IMG/VR virus record: IMGVR_UViG_3300021976_000010
Span: 1-64,000 of that record
Strand: one strand, 5' to 3'
Length of the DNA: 64,000 nucleotides
Source: a virus
Positions 26,414 through 37,417 of the stretch are shown here, one piece after another (the first letter of the stretch is position 1; each line of letters begins with the position of its first letter). The position numbers and the translations under genes were made by a program. Below the pieces are notes generated by a model, which had not been told where the DNA came from, did not search any database, and saw only the letters and a list, made by a program, of their open reading frames with translations.

Positions 26414-28430
26414 CGAAGACAAAGACCTTGTATCAGAAGTCAAGATCGAGGGCATCGAGGTCACTACTGACCAGCTCAAGAAGATGGGCGACGATGGTGC
26501 GGACGCTTTCGAGAAGATTGGTGATGCGGCTGATAATGCTGGCAAGAAGATCGCACCGGCCGCGAAGGAAGTTGACAAGTTCACCGACTCATCCGAGAAG
26601 GCGGGCAGGGCTGCCAAGGACATGTCGAAGGATATCAGCGCGGGGCTGACGAACTTCGACCTCCTGAAGATTGCCGCGACTGCCACGGGCAGCGCGCTCG
26701 CCACGTTCGCAACTCGCTCAGCCGCTCTGGGTGCGGCCTTGGCTGCGAGCGTCGTTGGTATTGCCAAGTTTGCCAGTTCCACGACTCACGCGTACCGTGA
26801 ACTCTTCGAGCAACAGAACCGCAACGTTCAGCAGGTCGCGGCACAGGGCAAGGCTCAGGTAAAGGCTGTCGGCGAGACCAATCAGTACAACGACGCTCTT
26901 GATGACCTGACGAAGCAGCTCGCGCAGGGCAAGATTGGATACGCCGAGTACGGTCACGCGCTCACCGCGCTGAATGAGGACTTCAAGCGTCAAGAGGCCA
27001 ACATCAGGCGTGTCCAGCAGGCACAGGAAGAAGCCGCGAAGAAGAATGAGCTAGCTCAAAGGGCCGAGCAACAGCGCGTCGCGCTGAAGGCGCTGACCGA
27101 CATGTACGGCGTCGAACTGACGGGCAGCCTCATCAAGCTGGGGGGAGCTTACAAAGACGTAGCCGACGAAGCGAAAGAGGCATTCGGCCCGGGCCTCTCT
27201 AAGCTCGTCGACCTGATCAGTGGGGCTATCGACAAAAACAGCGAGGCCATCTCCTCGTTTCTTGACGACGCAGGTGAGGCACTGACAAAGTTCGTCGAGC
27301 AGAACGGCCCGAGCATTGAGAAGTTCTTCACAAAGATGATCGAGGTGGTGCGCGGTCTCGGTATCGTGATCACGCAGTACATTCTTCCGAAGCTCGAGCT
27401 GATAGTCGACATTGCGGACCAAATCGCGATCGAGATCAACAAGGCGTTCGGCACTGAACTGACAGGCGGTATTCTGCTGGCCTATGTGGCAATCACAAAG
27501 CTGACCGGTGGACTAAACCTGTTCATGACGATCGGGCGCGTGCTCGTATTGTTGGTCGGCTCGCTCATCACTACGTTCGGCATTCTTCCGGTGCTGATCG
27601 GTGCCGTTGCGATAGCTCTCGCGGCGTGGCTCTATACCGTAGACTGGGCCAAGCTGGGAGCGGACATCTCGGCCGCGTTCGCCGCGTTCATCAAGTTCTT
27701 CACTGACATGCCAGCCAAGATCGGAGCGGGATTCACCAAGCTCTGGGAGAACATCCAGGCTGGCGTGGATGTGGCCACGACTTGGGTCACCGAGAAGTGG
27801 ACCGCTGTCGTCGAGTTCTTCTCTACCATTGTCGGGCAAATCGGGCAGTTCTTCATCGACCTGTGGGAGGGAGTCAAGCAGAAGGCGCAGGACGCGTTCG
27901 ACTATGTCGCTGGCATTGTGCAGGGCTGGGTGAACAAGGTGCTGGGATGGCTCAAGCCTATTCTTGATCTTATCGACAAGATCAAGAAGGGAATGGCCGA
28001 TGTTCCGGCTGGTGGAGGCGGCGGCGACACGGTGACGGCAGCGGGCGGCGGTCACATACGCGGGGCAGGCACCTCAACGTCGGACTCGATTCTGGCGCGG
28101 CTGTCCAACAACGAGTACGTCATTCGCGCGCGTGCGGTGGCAAAGTATGGTGTCGGCTTCATGAACGCGGTCAACAGTGGTCGGTTCAAGATGCCTCAGT
28201 TCGCCATGGGTGGTTTGAACATGATCGCACCATCGCCGTCTGCTAGGTTCAGTGGTGAAGAGCGACCAAGCGCGAGCAACATGCGTCCGCTGGATCTGAC
28301 TCTGTTCGGCGAGACGTTCGAGGGGCTGATGATGCCCGACGATGTCGCCGGGCGCATGACCAAGTTTGCTATCTCTAGACAGACACGCTCGGCGGGCCGC
28401 AAGCCCTCTTGGGTCGGAGGAACACGCTAA
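26406..28430 (+). CDS. tape measure protein
   Basis: Helical, Ala-rich, TM segments, 11-aa W/F repeats, C-terminal GG.I.G.GT.TSDSI.ARLS..EYV. Confidence 0.9.
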   Translation: MADEDKDLVSEVKIEGIEVTTDQLKKMGDDGADAFEKIGDAADNAGKKIAPAAKEVDKFTDSSEKAGRAAKDMSKDISAGLTNFDLLKIAATATGSALATFATRSAALGAALAASVVGIAKFASSTTHAYRELFEQQNRNVQQVAAQGKAQVKAVGETNQYNDALDDLTKQLAQGKIGYAEYGHALTALNEDFKRQEANIRRVQQAQEEAAKKNELAQRAEQQRVALKALTDMYGVELTGSLIKLGGAYKDVADEAKEAFGPGLSKLVDLISGAIDKNSEAISSFLDDAGEALTKFVEQNGPSIEKFFTKMIEVVRGLGIVITQYILPKLELIVDIADQIAIEINKAFGTELTGGILLAYVAITKLTGGLNLFMTIGRVLVLLVGSLITTFGILPVLIGAVAIALAAWLYTVDWAKLGADISAAFAAFIKFFTDMPAKIGAGFTKLWENIQAGVDVATTWVTEKWTAVVEFFSTIVGQIGQFFIDLWEGVKQKAQDAFDYVAGIVQGWVNKVLGWLKPILDLIDKIKKGMADVPAGGGGGDTVTAAGGGHIRGAGTSTSDSILARLSNNEYVIRARAVAKYGVGFMNAVNSGRFKMPQFAMGGLNMIAPSPSARFSGEERPSASNMRPLDLTLFGETFEGLMMPDDVAGRMTKFAISRQTRSAGRKPSWVGGTR

Positions 28431-28891
28431 TGGATCCGAGCTATGACGACATTGACCAGCCGAACTCGCACACGCTGCTTCGCCTGTCCGGGTTCGGCGT
28501 TCCACCATACTCGGCGCGCGGGTTATCACAGTCCTATGCGCCGATAGCACAGGCCGCGCAGAACAAGCGAACGGTGAACGGCGCACTCAAGGACATCTCG
28601 TTTCCGGGCTTTCGCAAGTACGCGTCCAGCATCTCGGGGTCCGACCAACTTCCCCCGGCTGTTGATGGTGTCTGGCCGGGGCTCGAGGTCACCGTTCACT
28701 GCCTGTTCGAGCTGCAATACCTGACAGTCGGGGGATCACCCGCGCGCCCGGTGGTGCCCGGTAGCTCGCGTGTCGAGGGCAGCTTCACGCTGTACCGCCC
28801 CATCCTCGTTTGTCGTATCAACAACTTCAGTGTGAATACTGACGAGTACGGCGCTCGGATCAGCTGGTCCATGGAACTGGAAGAAATCTGA
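28430..28891 (+). CDS. distal tail protein-like
   Basis: Follows TMP; SARGL.Q, RTVNG.L.D, W...LEE. Confidence 0.65.
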   Translation: MDPSYDDIDQPNSHTLLRLSGFGVPPYSARGLSQSYAPIAQAAQNKRTVNGALKDISFPGFRKYASSISGSDQLPPAVDGVWPGLEVTVHCLFELQYLTVGGSPARPVVPGSSRVEGSFTLYRPILVCRINNFSVNTDEYGARISWSMELEEI

Positions 28892-30759
28892 TGGCAAAGA
28901 ATTTCTACTTCGCATGGGTGGACCCGGGCACGGCGTTCAATCCAGCGGTGCACAATGTCGAGGATGAGGACGTGTTCTCGCACGAGTTCTCTCATGAGGA
29001 GGGCAGCATTGCCGGGCTGAACCTTGTCATCAGGAATCCGCGCATCGGCCTGTTGAACCCGGGCCGCAAGCTCTGGTGTTACTACTCGTTCAATCGTGCG
29101 GGCGGTGGTGAGCCAGATGATATCGTGCCGCTGTTCTACGGTCGGCTCATGGGCGTACCGCAGAACGTGTTCAGCACGCTTGTCACGCTGACGTTCACCG
29201 CGCGTCCGACTGACTTCGTAGCGCAGAAGATCGCGCTGGCGAACACGCTCAAGGTTCTTCCGTACTGGGACCCCATCTTCGTCAGTCCCGACGCGTGGGA
29301 AGATCCCGATACGGTTCTGGAGTCGAGGTCGGCACTGTGGCACATTGATCCGGTGACACACGTCGTCACGTTGTCCGACATTCTCACGGCGGAGGATGGC
29401 GTCGTTGACCTGCCCGCCGCAGATATGGACTATGATTCATTGGAGTTGACGCTCGAGACCGTGCCTCTGCGCTCGATCACAATGCAGGTCACGATCCCGT
29501 GGACGCAGAGTGCGCAGGGTTCGATAGATCTTTCTTATCGCATTCTCAACGCCTTCGGTGGAGGATATGGAAAACAGCTAGTCACATCGTTCACTATGTC
29601 TGGATTGGTGTCGTCGTGGCCGAAGGACGGCGCAAACATCGGCAATGGCTGGCAGGTTGTAACCGGCAGTCTGGTCGATGTGTCGTTTCTATCTGTCAAG
29701 CATCTGACCATTCATCCGATCTTCAATCAGGGCTCGATTCCCGTGCTCGCAGAAGGGTCCATCCTTTTCCCGGTCAAGACGACAGGAAAAATATGGGGTG
29801 GCATTGATGGTGCGGGCTACGATCTTCAGTACGAAATCGTGGGCGTGGCGCTGGGCTACGCGGTGCCCACGCTGACCGTGACCTACACAGCGGGCCGCGA
29901 GTTTGCACAGATCGTGAACTTCACGCTCTATACGGATCAACAGCCAATTGCCACGGACGCCGGTGAAGATGAGACCATGGTGGTCGCGATGACAGCGAAC
30001 ATGGTGTCAGATCAAACGTTTGGTGGTTCTGTCCCAATTGTTGATGTTCGGCGCCGCTCGTACCTACACACACCGCGCGGAATGCAGAGCATCGAGCACC
30101 TGATACTCATCGCACGCGCGCACCTAGTCGGGCGCTCGCGCGCGGTGCGCATAACATTCCAGACTGACTTCGAGACGGCGCTTCAGTATTCGCTGCGCAA
30201 GGCGGGCACCGTGCACGACGAACGTCTACCGGGCGGCGAGGCGACAGGCAAGGTGGTGGTCATCACGCACTCACTCGACGGTAGCGCAGGCGACCCGACG
30301 TCATCCATCACCATTGCCTGTGCCATTGGATACGGCGGCGCTTACGAGCCAGAGTCCGGTGTTCCCATGTACGTCGACGAGGGATACGTCGATCGAGAGT
30401 ATCAAGAGTATTCAGGCGACAAGGCAGTGCTGGAGACCAATGATGTCCAGTGGTTCATGCCGCCGTTTGCTGCGTTCGACGACAACCTCGACTTCATCAA
30501 GGGGTTGACACCGATCAATGCAATCACGTATCTCTCTGTCACCAACAAAGAGGCTGACCAGCGCGTGGCCATCATGGCCGCGAGTGCGGGCGAACTCACG
30601 GATCAAGCCGCCATTTCTTCGGTTCTGCAGGCAATACCTACTCAGGTGACGTTGCAGCTCGTACCAATGGACGGCGGCCCATTCACTCAGGTGGTCAACA
30701 TCGCGGTGTCTGACCTCGTCATTCCACAGCAGATAGACTTGGAGGCTCCCAGTGTCTAA
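28891..30759 (+). CDS. tail tip/baseplate hub protein
   Basis: 622 aa; position; PLF.GRL.G.P. Confidence 0.65.
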   Translation: MAKNFYFAWVDPGTAFNPAVHNVEDEDVFSHEFSHEEGSIAGLNLVIRNPRIGLLNPGRKLWCYYSFNRAGGGEPDDIVPLFYGRLMGVPQNVFSTLVTLTFTARPTDFVAQKIALANTLKVLPYWDPIFVSPDAWEDPDTVLESRSALWHIDPVTHVVTLSDILTAEDGVVDLPAADMDYDSLELTLETVPLRSITMQVTIPWTQSAQGSIDLSYRILNAFGGGYGKQLVTSFTMSGLVSSWPKDGANIGNGWQVVTGSLVDVSFLSVKHLTIHPIFNQGSIPVLAEGSILFPVKTTGKIWGGIDGAGYDLQYEIVGVALGYAVPTLTVTYTAGREFAQIVNFTLYTDQQPIATDAGEDETMVVAMTANMVSDQTFGGSVPIVDVRRRSYLHTPRGMQSIEHLILIARAHLVGRSRAVRITFQTDFETALQYSLRKAGTVHDERLPGGEATGKVVVITHSLDGSAGDPTSSITIACAIGYGGAYEPESGVPMYVDEGYVDREYQEYSGDKAVLETNDVQWFMPPFAAFDDNLDFIKGLTPINAITYLSVTNKEADQRVAIMAASAGELTDQAAISSVLQAIPTQVTLQLVPMDGGPFTQVVNIAVSDLVIPQQIDLEAPSV

Positions 30760-31138
30760 CCATCTCGAGCAAATCGTTCGTCCGTCGCAGGCTCCAACCA
30801 TTCGGCCGGGGCCTGCGGTCCAGATCTACGCCACACCAAAGATTGTCGAGAATGAGCCTATCACGTGGGGCAGTGCTGGCAACTCTGTCTTCCAGCTCAG
30901 TGCATCTGCCAGCGGTGAGGCACCTGAGGCCACGTGGCCGGAGTCCGATCGCACCTACGACGTCGTCAAGGTCTACAATAAGGACGACCGTGAACAGTTC
31001 ATCGAGACCGAGGTGATGACCGAGTATCAGGGTCGAAACAAGATCTCGCAGGACCGAATCACTATCAGGTTCGCGGCGACCAAGGATTCTCCGAACGTCG
31101 AGGTCGTCTCGCGTGGTAACAAGCGCACGAACAAATAG
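30752..31138 (+). CDS. minor tail protein
   Basis: LEQIVRP N-terminus; position. Confidence 0.6.
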   Translation: MSNHLEQIVRPSQAPTIRPGPAVQIYATPKIVENEPITWGSAGNSVFQLSASASGEAPEATWPESDRTYDVVKVYNKDDREQFIETEVMTEYQGRNKISQDRITIRFAATKDSPNVEVVSRGNKRTNK

Positions 31139-31150
31139 GGATAACGGACC

Positions 31151-31945
31151 ATGGACGGCATTGACTACAAAACAACGGACGTCACCAAGTGGGGCGCGGG
31201 CTCGGGCGCGGGCACCGCTGGCAATCTCTCGCCACTTCAGCTCGACCTCAACTTCTGGGAGCTCTACTCTCGCCTGAAGAATCTCGAGGACAATCCGCCG
31301 ACCGCCATCAACATAACCGGAATGACGGTTGTCGGGTCGCAGTGGGAAGTGAATATGTCAGACGGCTCCAGCTTCGGGCCGTTCACGCTGCCCATTGCCA
31401 CGTTCGAGCTCAAGGGCGACTGGGTCAACGACATGACCTACTACGAACTGGACATGGTGTCGGCTCCAGGCTTCGGCCTGTACCTCGTTCGCATCCAGCA
31501 CGTTACTCCCCCGGCTCCTGCGACGTTCGATCCGGCGGCGACCGATGACGACGATAACCCGCTGTACCTCTTGCTGTACGGTGAGAATACCTATATCTAC
31601 GATCTAGGATTCTTCTTTCCGGGCAGGCCGGGTATCGGCATCGAGGACGGGGCCGCTATCGCAGGCCACGTGCTAGTTCATCCAGTGACAGCACTCACTG
31701 GTCTACCGGGTTCGATTGCGAAGCTCAAGGTTGCACCCGCGTCCGATCTGTCATTTTCGATTGAACACGACGACGTTGAAATCGGGTCTGTAGACTTTGA
31801 AGCGGGGGATGCGGATGGCACCTTCACGTTCCTCGCTGACATCGATCTGCCGGTCGATGCCGTGTTGACTCTCATGAAACCGGCGGCAGTCGACGTTGAT
31901 GCTCGCGAGCTCAAGGTTACATTCAAGATGACAAGGGTCATATAA
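31151..31945 (+). CDS. tail fibre/adaptor protein
   Basis: L...LD.NF..L N-terminus; G.W...Y...D.V carbohydrate-binding-like repeat. Confidence 0.6.
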   Translation: MDGIDYKTTDVTKWGAGSGAGTAGNLSPLQLDLNFWELYSRLKNLEDNPPTAINITGMTVVGSQWEVNMSDGSSFGPFTLPIATFELKGDWVNDMTYYELDMVSAPGFGLYLVRIQHVTPPAPATFDPAATDDDDNPLYLLLYGENTYIYDLGFFFPGRPGIGIEDGAAIAGHVLVHPVTALTGLPGSIAKLKVAPASDLSFSIEHDDVEIGSVDFEAGDADGTFTFLADIDLPVDAVLTLMKPAAVDVDARELKVTFKMTRVI

Positions 31946-33093
31946 TGCCGACTGTCAAGCAATTCGGCTTCGCACCGGGAGCCGGCGCACTGGCCAATCT
32001 TGTCGATGGAAACGACGCGACGTCGTGGACTCCTCTCGCCACGAACTTCAGCGCCTACCCAGCGCAGTTCATGACTCCAGACGGCGCGTCGCTGAACTAT
32101 GGGTCGTCGTTCCCGGCGATTGAATGGGACTTTGGCGAGCCGACACGAGCGGTTTCGCTTAACATCCTTGTCGAATCACCACTGACATTGGGGCCTGCGG
32201 TCTTGATCGGTTCGGACAATCCCGCAACGTCTACTGCGAACACGTTGCAGTCAGGTGACGTACTCCTCGCAACGTACAATGCGCAAGAGATTGTCAGTAA
32301 CAATGTGTTGACCATCGCGTTGACGACCAACTCAGATGTGAGGTTTCGCTACTATCGGTTGCTACAGCGATCGGCGCTGCCCTCGGTGGCTGTACCCGCC
32401 CCAACGAACTCGAAGCCTTATGAGTCAGGGGCTGGCAGTCATGAGGTCGGTCCATATACCGACAAGTTCATCATTGAGTTGTGGGGCGCAGGAGCATCGG
32501 GTGGTGTATCGGACAATGCGCAGGATGGCGGGAATTCAACGTGCTCGACATACTCGCTAACGGCCGAGGGTGGTAACAAGGCGACAGCGACGGTTCCGAA
32601 CGCGGGCACGGGCGCGGGCACAGGTGGCGCAGCATCTGGTGGGAATACTGCCAACATACCGGGCGGTGATGGATCACCTCCGTCTCCTGTGAGTCCTTTG
32701 CCGGGGTTCTCTGGTAAGGGAGGTGACTGCCCGAACGGGAGTCCCGGCGGGGCGGGGGTCGGCAACAACGGTCACCTGAAATACGGCGACAGCCCGTGGG
32801 GCTCGAAGGCCAGTAGCGTGGTTATCGGAGGGAGTGATCTGCCCGGCGGCACTGTGACGGGCGCACCGGGCGGCGGTGGTTCAGGAATGAACCTTTTCAG
32901 CGACACCGTACTGCCATCTTGGTACAAGTACCCGGGCGGTGGCGCGGGCGGCTATGTCAAGCATGTCTTGACGAAAGGCATCGACGGTCCCGACGAAGGC
33001 GACTTGATCGCGTTCACGGTCGGAGTTGGTGGTGTCTCTACACAACCTGACGGCGGTGGCGCGAATGGTCGCGCCCGTTTTAGCTGGACATAA
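31945..33093 (+). CDS. glycine-rich tail fibre protein with an N-terminal discoidin-like domain
   Basis: DG...T.W, DFG, RYYRL; WGAG.SG...GGGAGGY...VG.GG. Confidence 0.7.
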   Translation: MPTVKQFGFAPGAGALANLVDGNDATSWTPLATNFSAYPAQFMTPDGASLNYGSSFPAIEWDFGEPTRAVSLNILVESPLTLGPAVLIGSDNPATSTANTLQSGDVLLATYNAQEIVSNNVLTIALTTNSDVRFRYYRLLQRSALPSVAVPAPTNSKPYESGAGSHEVGPYTDKFIIELWGAGASGGVSDNAQDGGNSTCSTYSLTAEGGNKATATVPNAGTGAGTGGAASGGNTANIPGGDGSPPSPVSPLPGFSGKGGDCPNGSPGGAGVGNNGHLKYGDSPWGSKASSVVIGGSDLPGGTVTGAPGGGGSGMNLFSDTVLPSWYKYPGGGAGGYVKHVLTKGIDGPDEGDLIAFTVGVGGVSTQPDGGGANGRARFSWT

Positions 33094-33096
33094 AGC

Positions 33097-35277
33097 ATGG
33101 CGACGGTCTGGACTACGATTAGCGGCGGGCTCACGCTATCCGACTCTGATCACATAGCAACATCCACGTCGGGCATTCAAGGGGCGATCGCAGGACCCGT
33201 CAAGTTAGTCGCGGGTGGCGGCAAGTGGTACTTGGAGTTCCAGGTTGAGTTCGCCACTGACACCTGCGTTCTCGCCATTGCTGACGCGCGATACACGACG
33301 GCGGCCGTTGGGCCGCCCGTCGCCGAGACCTATCTGTTCGTGAACAACGGCTTCACCGCGTGCTTTGGTACAACTGCTACGAACGGAGCGGTGACAACGG
33401 CTCAAGTCGATTTCGCGGTTGATCTTTCTGTGACTCCCAACAGATTTTATCACCGCATCAACAATGGAGCTTGGCAGTTCGCCGGTAATCCCGCCGCTGG
33501 CACTGGAGGCATGACACCGGGCGGCGGCGGTCCGCCGCAGACGCATCTAAAGCCTGTCGTCTATCTGGGCGCGACGGGGCGTGACTGCACGATCAATTGC
33601 GGTGATCGTCCTTTCGTCAACACGCCACCAGTCGGCTTTTCTGCATGGGACTCGGTGTCACCCGATGGAAACGCGGTAGGCACCACTCAGACCGTGACGG
33701 CCTCGCTGATCGCGGGAAGCGCATCGATCGACGGCGTGATCCCCGGAGCGGTGTTGACTGTGACCGTCAGCTTCGTGGACGGCGGCACGGGTGCAAGCAT
33801 TCTAGGCGCGACGCTGACAACGACGGTCTCCCTCATTGCGGGCGAGACCAAAACGCAAGCGATCGACGGCACTCCAATCTACGAGACTACTTTTGGTGTT
33901 GCTGTTATCAACCGATACCAAGAAGCAGACTACGATTCGATGTTCTCGAAGGGTCGTCGTCTGCAAAGCGGTCTCATCACGGCTGGAGATTACGGTTGGA
34001 CCCTTGGGTCTGGTTCAGGTGTATCTGCGTTCGACAATAATCTGGGCGCAGCCGCAGGCAACGGTCCGGCATGGGGAGGTCCATACGGCGGTACACTTTG
34101 GTTCCACGCGATCGTGCCTCTTGACATTCAAGGGTTCAGGCTCATTGGTACAGAAGATATCGCCGCCGAGTCGACGGGCATATGGGAGTTCAAGGGTGCG
34201 TTTGGTGTAGGCAATGCCGCCCCGGAGTCATTCGCTGAAGAGTTTGACGCCTTTGTCGCGCAACAGGGGCCGGACGTAACGTCATCAGGAATGTCTTTCA
34301 CTGAATTCTTGATGACCCCACGATCGCCGGTCCTGTACGAATACTGGGAGATGACCTATGTTGCGGGCACGCGAAGCGGTGCACGCTTCTGCAATGAAAT
34401 CGAACTCAAGATCAGCCACTCGAACCTTGATGGTGGCGACCGGCGGTCAACGAACGGCAGACCAGAGAAGCGTTGCGTCTTCACGATGTCGACGGATTGG
34501 GCGTACTCTACTGCCTCTCTCATCATCAATCCACAAGATGCGCTGTTCGATGGACGGCACTTCTACGATAACGCAGGCGACTCATCGAAGGTTGGTCACC
34601 AAGCTGCGATTGGTAGAGCGGTCGGTGTGCCAATCGGTAATCCCTTGTCAGTCGTCGGTGCGTGGCTCCAGTTCGTGTTCCCACGGCCCGTGATCATGCA
34701 GCGACTCATGTTCGTGACGTTCAACACGGATGGTGAAGTCTATGACTCCGGAGACGAGCCGACAATGTTCGGCAGATGGCATTGGGAGATCTCGAAGAAC
34801 GAGGGTACGACATGGGCACAGGTCGGCTCGTCGTGGTCGTTTTGCGAGGGTGCCGACATGGTGGCCCCGCGCGATCTGTCGCCGTTCGATATCGACCGGT
34901 CAGACGCGGGCACAGGAGCGGACGGTGTGTCGCACTGGCGCATGGTCCTCGAGGAGGGGCCAGCGTTCGGGTTCAGCGAGATACTGGATCAAATCGTGTT
35001 CGATCTGTACGACGCCACGGGGCTCGCACCTCTCTACACTGTCGACTTCACGGATGACGTTGATGGGGAGCCAGTCGTATTTATCCCGGGTGCCGCCGGC
35101 TCAGAATATGAAGTCGCATTCTCCGATGGGTCCGATGACAAGTTGACGTTCGTGTTTGAGAACACACCTAATCCCGTGTTGACCGTTCACTTTGACGACG
35201 GAGCAACATTCGACACGTGGTCTGACCTGTATCCATCGGTGGTGGTGCAGACAATCTTGGTAACGACAGGAAGATGA
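33097..35277 (+). CDS. tail fibre/receptor-binding protein (SPRY/ConA-like N-terminal domain)
   Basis: GKWY.E, AVDL, N.G..PF...PP.GF..W; discoidin-like modules downstream. Confidence 0.7.
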   Translation: MATVWTTISGGLTLSDSDHIATSTSGIQGAIAGPVKLVAGGGKWYLEFQVEFATDTCVLAIADARYTTAAVGPPVAETYLFVNNGFTACFGTTATNGAVTTAQVDFAVDLSVTPNRFYHRINNGAWQFAGNPAAGTGGMTPGGGGPPQTHLKPVVYLGATGRDCTINCGDRPFVNTPPVGFSAWDSVSPDGNAVGTTQTVTASLIAGSASIDGVIPGAVLTVTVSFVDGGTGASILGATLTTTVSLIAGETKTQAIDGTPIYETTFGVAVINRYQEADYDSMFSKGRRLQSGLITAGDYGWTLGSGSGVSAFDNNLGAAAGNGPAWGGPYGGTLWFHAIVPLDIQGFRLIGTEDIAAESTGIWEFKGAFGVGNAAPESFAEEFDAFVAQQGPDVTSSGMSFTEFLMTPRSPVLYEYWEMTYVAGTRSGARFCNEIELKISHSNLDGGDRRSTNGRPEKRCVFTMSTDWAYSTASLIINPQDALFDGRHFYDNAGDSSKVGHQAAIGRAVGVPIGNPLSVVGAWLQFVFPRPVIMQRLMFVTFNTDGEVYDSGDEPTMFGRWHWEISKNEGTTWAQVGSSWSFCEGADMVAPRDLSPFDIDRSDAGTGADGVSHWRMVLEEGPAFGFSEILDQIVFDLYDATGLAPLYTVDFTDDVDGEPVVFIPGAAGSEYEVAFSDGSDDKLTFVFENTPNPVLTVHFDDGATFDTWSDLYPSVVVQTILVTTGR

Positions 35278-35278
35278 G

Positions 35279-36298
35279 ATGAAAGAGAACCGACACAAGG
35301 CACTGGCCATCGAACTGAAGTTCGAGGGCGGCAAGGATGACGATCCGATCGATCCCGGTGGACGCACCAATCAGGGCGTTATCCAGCGAGTCTATGCGGC
35401 GTGGCGCAGGAAGAAGGGTCTGCCAGCGCGCGACGTGTTCTTGATGGAGAACGCCGAGCGTGACGAGATCTACTTCGACAACTACTTCGCCAAGGTCCGG
35501 TTCGACGAGCTACCGCCCGGTGTTGACGTAGTCGTCGTCGACGGTGCGATCAACAGCGGACCGGCTCAGTCGATCAAGTGGGTTCAGCGCGCGCTGGGCA
35601 TTCAGGCAGACGGTGTTCTCGGTGATGTCACCATGGAGCGCATTCTGTCGCACGAGAACCACGACGCGCTCATCGCTGGTATTCTCGAGCGGCGCATGGC
35701 GTTTCTCCGCGCACTCAAGACGTTCTATCACTTCGGCAAGGGCTGGACATCGCGTGTCAACCAGCTCAGGCAGGTTGGTCAGTCTTGGGCCATGGGCAAC
35801 GTCGGGCCTCCGGTCGTGTTCGTCGCGAACGGTAACAAGAAGGCGACCATCGTGGACGCCAAGAAGATCCCGTCCACGGCACCGGCCGATGCGACGGCAG
35901 CGGGCGGCACCGTCTCGACGGGCCTGTCCACTGCGCAGTCCGTGTTCGAGCCGCTGTCTGGCCGGTCCGACACTATCGACACCATTCTCATGGTGCTGAT
36001 CGTAGTGGGTATCGCACTGACCGCGTTCGGTCTCGCGTATGGATATTGGGTCCGCAGCAAGCGCAGCGAGCTCAACGACGTTCTCGATCTGCAGCCCATG
36101 AACCCGGGCGTGGCAGACAACGACAACCTGCCCGCGGAAGTTCTCCGCGAGTACAAGGACCCATACGCGCGGGGCAGCGAGACCGGCAACATGGCACCGG
36201 GCACTGTCACCGCGTCTGGTCGCACTGAAGGCGACACGGAAGTTCGTGTCAACGCTCCACAGCCTGTTCCCGAGATCAAGCAGGACAAGGCCGCGTAA
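35279..36298 (+). CDS. endolysin, GH108 muramidase with PG-binding domain and C-terminal TM
   Basis: EGG..DDP.DPGG.TN.GV, D.A.NSG, DG..G..T, FGKGW..RV; TM ILMVLIVVGIALTAFGL. Confidence 0.9.
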   Translation: MKENRHKALAIELKFEGGKDDDPIDPGGRTNQGVIQRVYAAWRRKKGLPARDVFLMENAERDEIYFDNYFAKVRFDELPPGVDVVVVDGAINSGPAQSIKWVQRALGIQADGVLGDVTMERILSHENHDALIAGILERRMAFLRALKTFYHFGKGWTSRVNQLRQVGQSWAMGNVGPPVVFVANGNKKATIVDAKKIPSTAPADATAAGGTVSTGLSTAQSVFEPLSGRSDTIDTILMVLIVVGIALTAFGLAYGYWVRSKRSELNDVLDLQPMNPGVADNDNLPAEVLREYKDPYARGSETGNMAPGTVTASGRTEGDTEVRVNAPQPVPEIKQDKAA

Positions 36299-36364
36299 CG
36301 CAGTCGCAATCGCGAGGGGCTCGGCTTCAACTCCGAGTCCCCCGCTTCACCGGAGGATATCACG

Positions 36365-36706
36365 ATGGACTGGTTCGGCCTGTTTCTGGGATGGGTGCCG
36401 TTATGGGTGTGGATCACGCTCACTGTTCTAGCTGCTATCCCCACTCTATATTTCTTTGGACCGATTCTTCTACCGATATGGCGCATGCTGCCGACGTGGC
36501 TTCAGGCGTTGCTACTTGGCATTGGAGCCGCGCTGCTCGCATGGGCCGGGGGACGCTACACGGGCGCGAAGACTGAGCGAGACGAGCAGAAGCGGCGCGA
36601 CGCCAACGCGCTGCGCAACAGAGCAGAGGTGGATCGAGATGTCGGGAACTTATCGAACAAGGATCTTCGCGATCGGCTTAATCGTTGGAATCGCCCTGAT
36701 GACTAG
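36365..36706 (+). CDS. inner-membrane spanin (Rz-like)
   Basis: N-terminal TM segments plus charged helical C-terminus; overlapped by a lipoprotein gene. Confidence 0.65.
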   Translation: MDWFGLFLGWVPLWVWITLTVLAAIPTLYFFGPILLPIWRMLPTWLQALLLGIGAALLAWAGGRYTGAKTERDEQKRRDANALRNRAEVDRDVGNLSNKDLRDRLNRWNRPDD

Positions 36707-36845
36707 CGGGTGCGGTCACTTCTCGTGCGCGGGTTTCCATGAATTTCGTCCGTCACCAAAAGACGTACTCACCGACGGCACAGCACAGCAGATGCTTGCT
36801 CACAATGAGTACGGTGCAAAGCAGGGATGCTGGAAGGCTAGATAG
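36639..36845 (+). CDS. outer-membrane spanin lipoprotein (Rz1-like)
   Basis: Signal peptide plus TSG-C lipobox; QML.HNE.G...C.W. Confidence 0.7.
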   Translation: MSGTYRTRIFAIGLIVGIALMTSGCGHFSCAGFHEFRPSPKDVLTDGTAQQMLAHNEYGAKQGCWKAR

Positions 36846-36847
36846 AA

Positions 36848-37417
36848 ATGCCAGAGTGGATCACTCACCTCCTGAAAGAGATGGGAGTGCCCGGTGGAAT
36901 CATATTCGTACTGATGAGCGTCGTGGGCATAGAGTCGGAGATCATTCGTCGACTCATTGCGCACGCGAGCAAGGTGTACGGCTATCGACTGACTGAGCGC
37001 GATACGCTGAACAAGGCCCTGACCGACACCGCTAAGGTGCTGGCTGACATGCTGGAGGCGACGAAGGATCGCAACGACCTGACCGAAGATCAGGCCGAGC
37101 TCATCGCGAAGCAGAGCGCGGCGTTTGAATTATTGAAAGTTACGATTCTCGCTCAGTATGAGAACATCAAGGATAATAACCACGTGGTCGCGCAGTCTGT
37201 TTCTGCAATGGCCGAAGCGATTCGGTCACTCAGCGCCATGGTGGTGGACAACCGAAACACGACAGCTCACCAAGTCACAGAGCTGAAGGCGGCGGTTGCT
37301 AATGCCACGGCTGAGATTCGCGAGGCTGTCCGCGTGGCCAATCAGGCACAGATCGTCGAGATACGCACTATTCTCGGGGCTGAAATAACAGTAGTCAGGA
37401 GAGTGCCTCGCAAATGA
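36848..37417 (+). CDS. membrane-anchored coiled-coil protein (holin/antiholin candidate)
   Basis: N-terminal TM plus long helix, within the lysis cassette. Confidence 0.6.
   Translation: MPEWITHLLKEMGVPGGIIFVLMSVVGIESEIIRRLIAHASKVYGYRLTERDTLNKALTDTAKVLADMLEATKDRNDLTEDQAELIAKQSAAFELLKVTILAQYENIKDNNHVVAQSVSAMAEAIRSLSAMVVDNRNTTAHQVTELKAAVANATAEIREAVRVANQAQIVEIRTILGAEITVVRRVPRK

Noticed and set aside
25616-26782. Long antisense ORFs (25616-26782, 41382-42407, 43891-44871, 49834-50907, 56147-57316 and similar)
   Set aside because: Shadow frames of GC-rich genes with no RBS or motifs, fully overlapping well-supported genes
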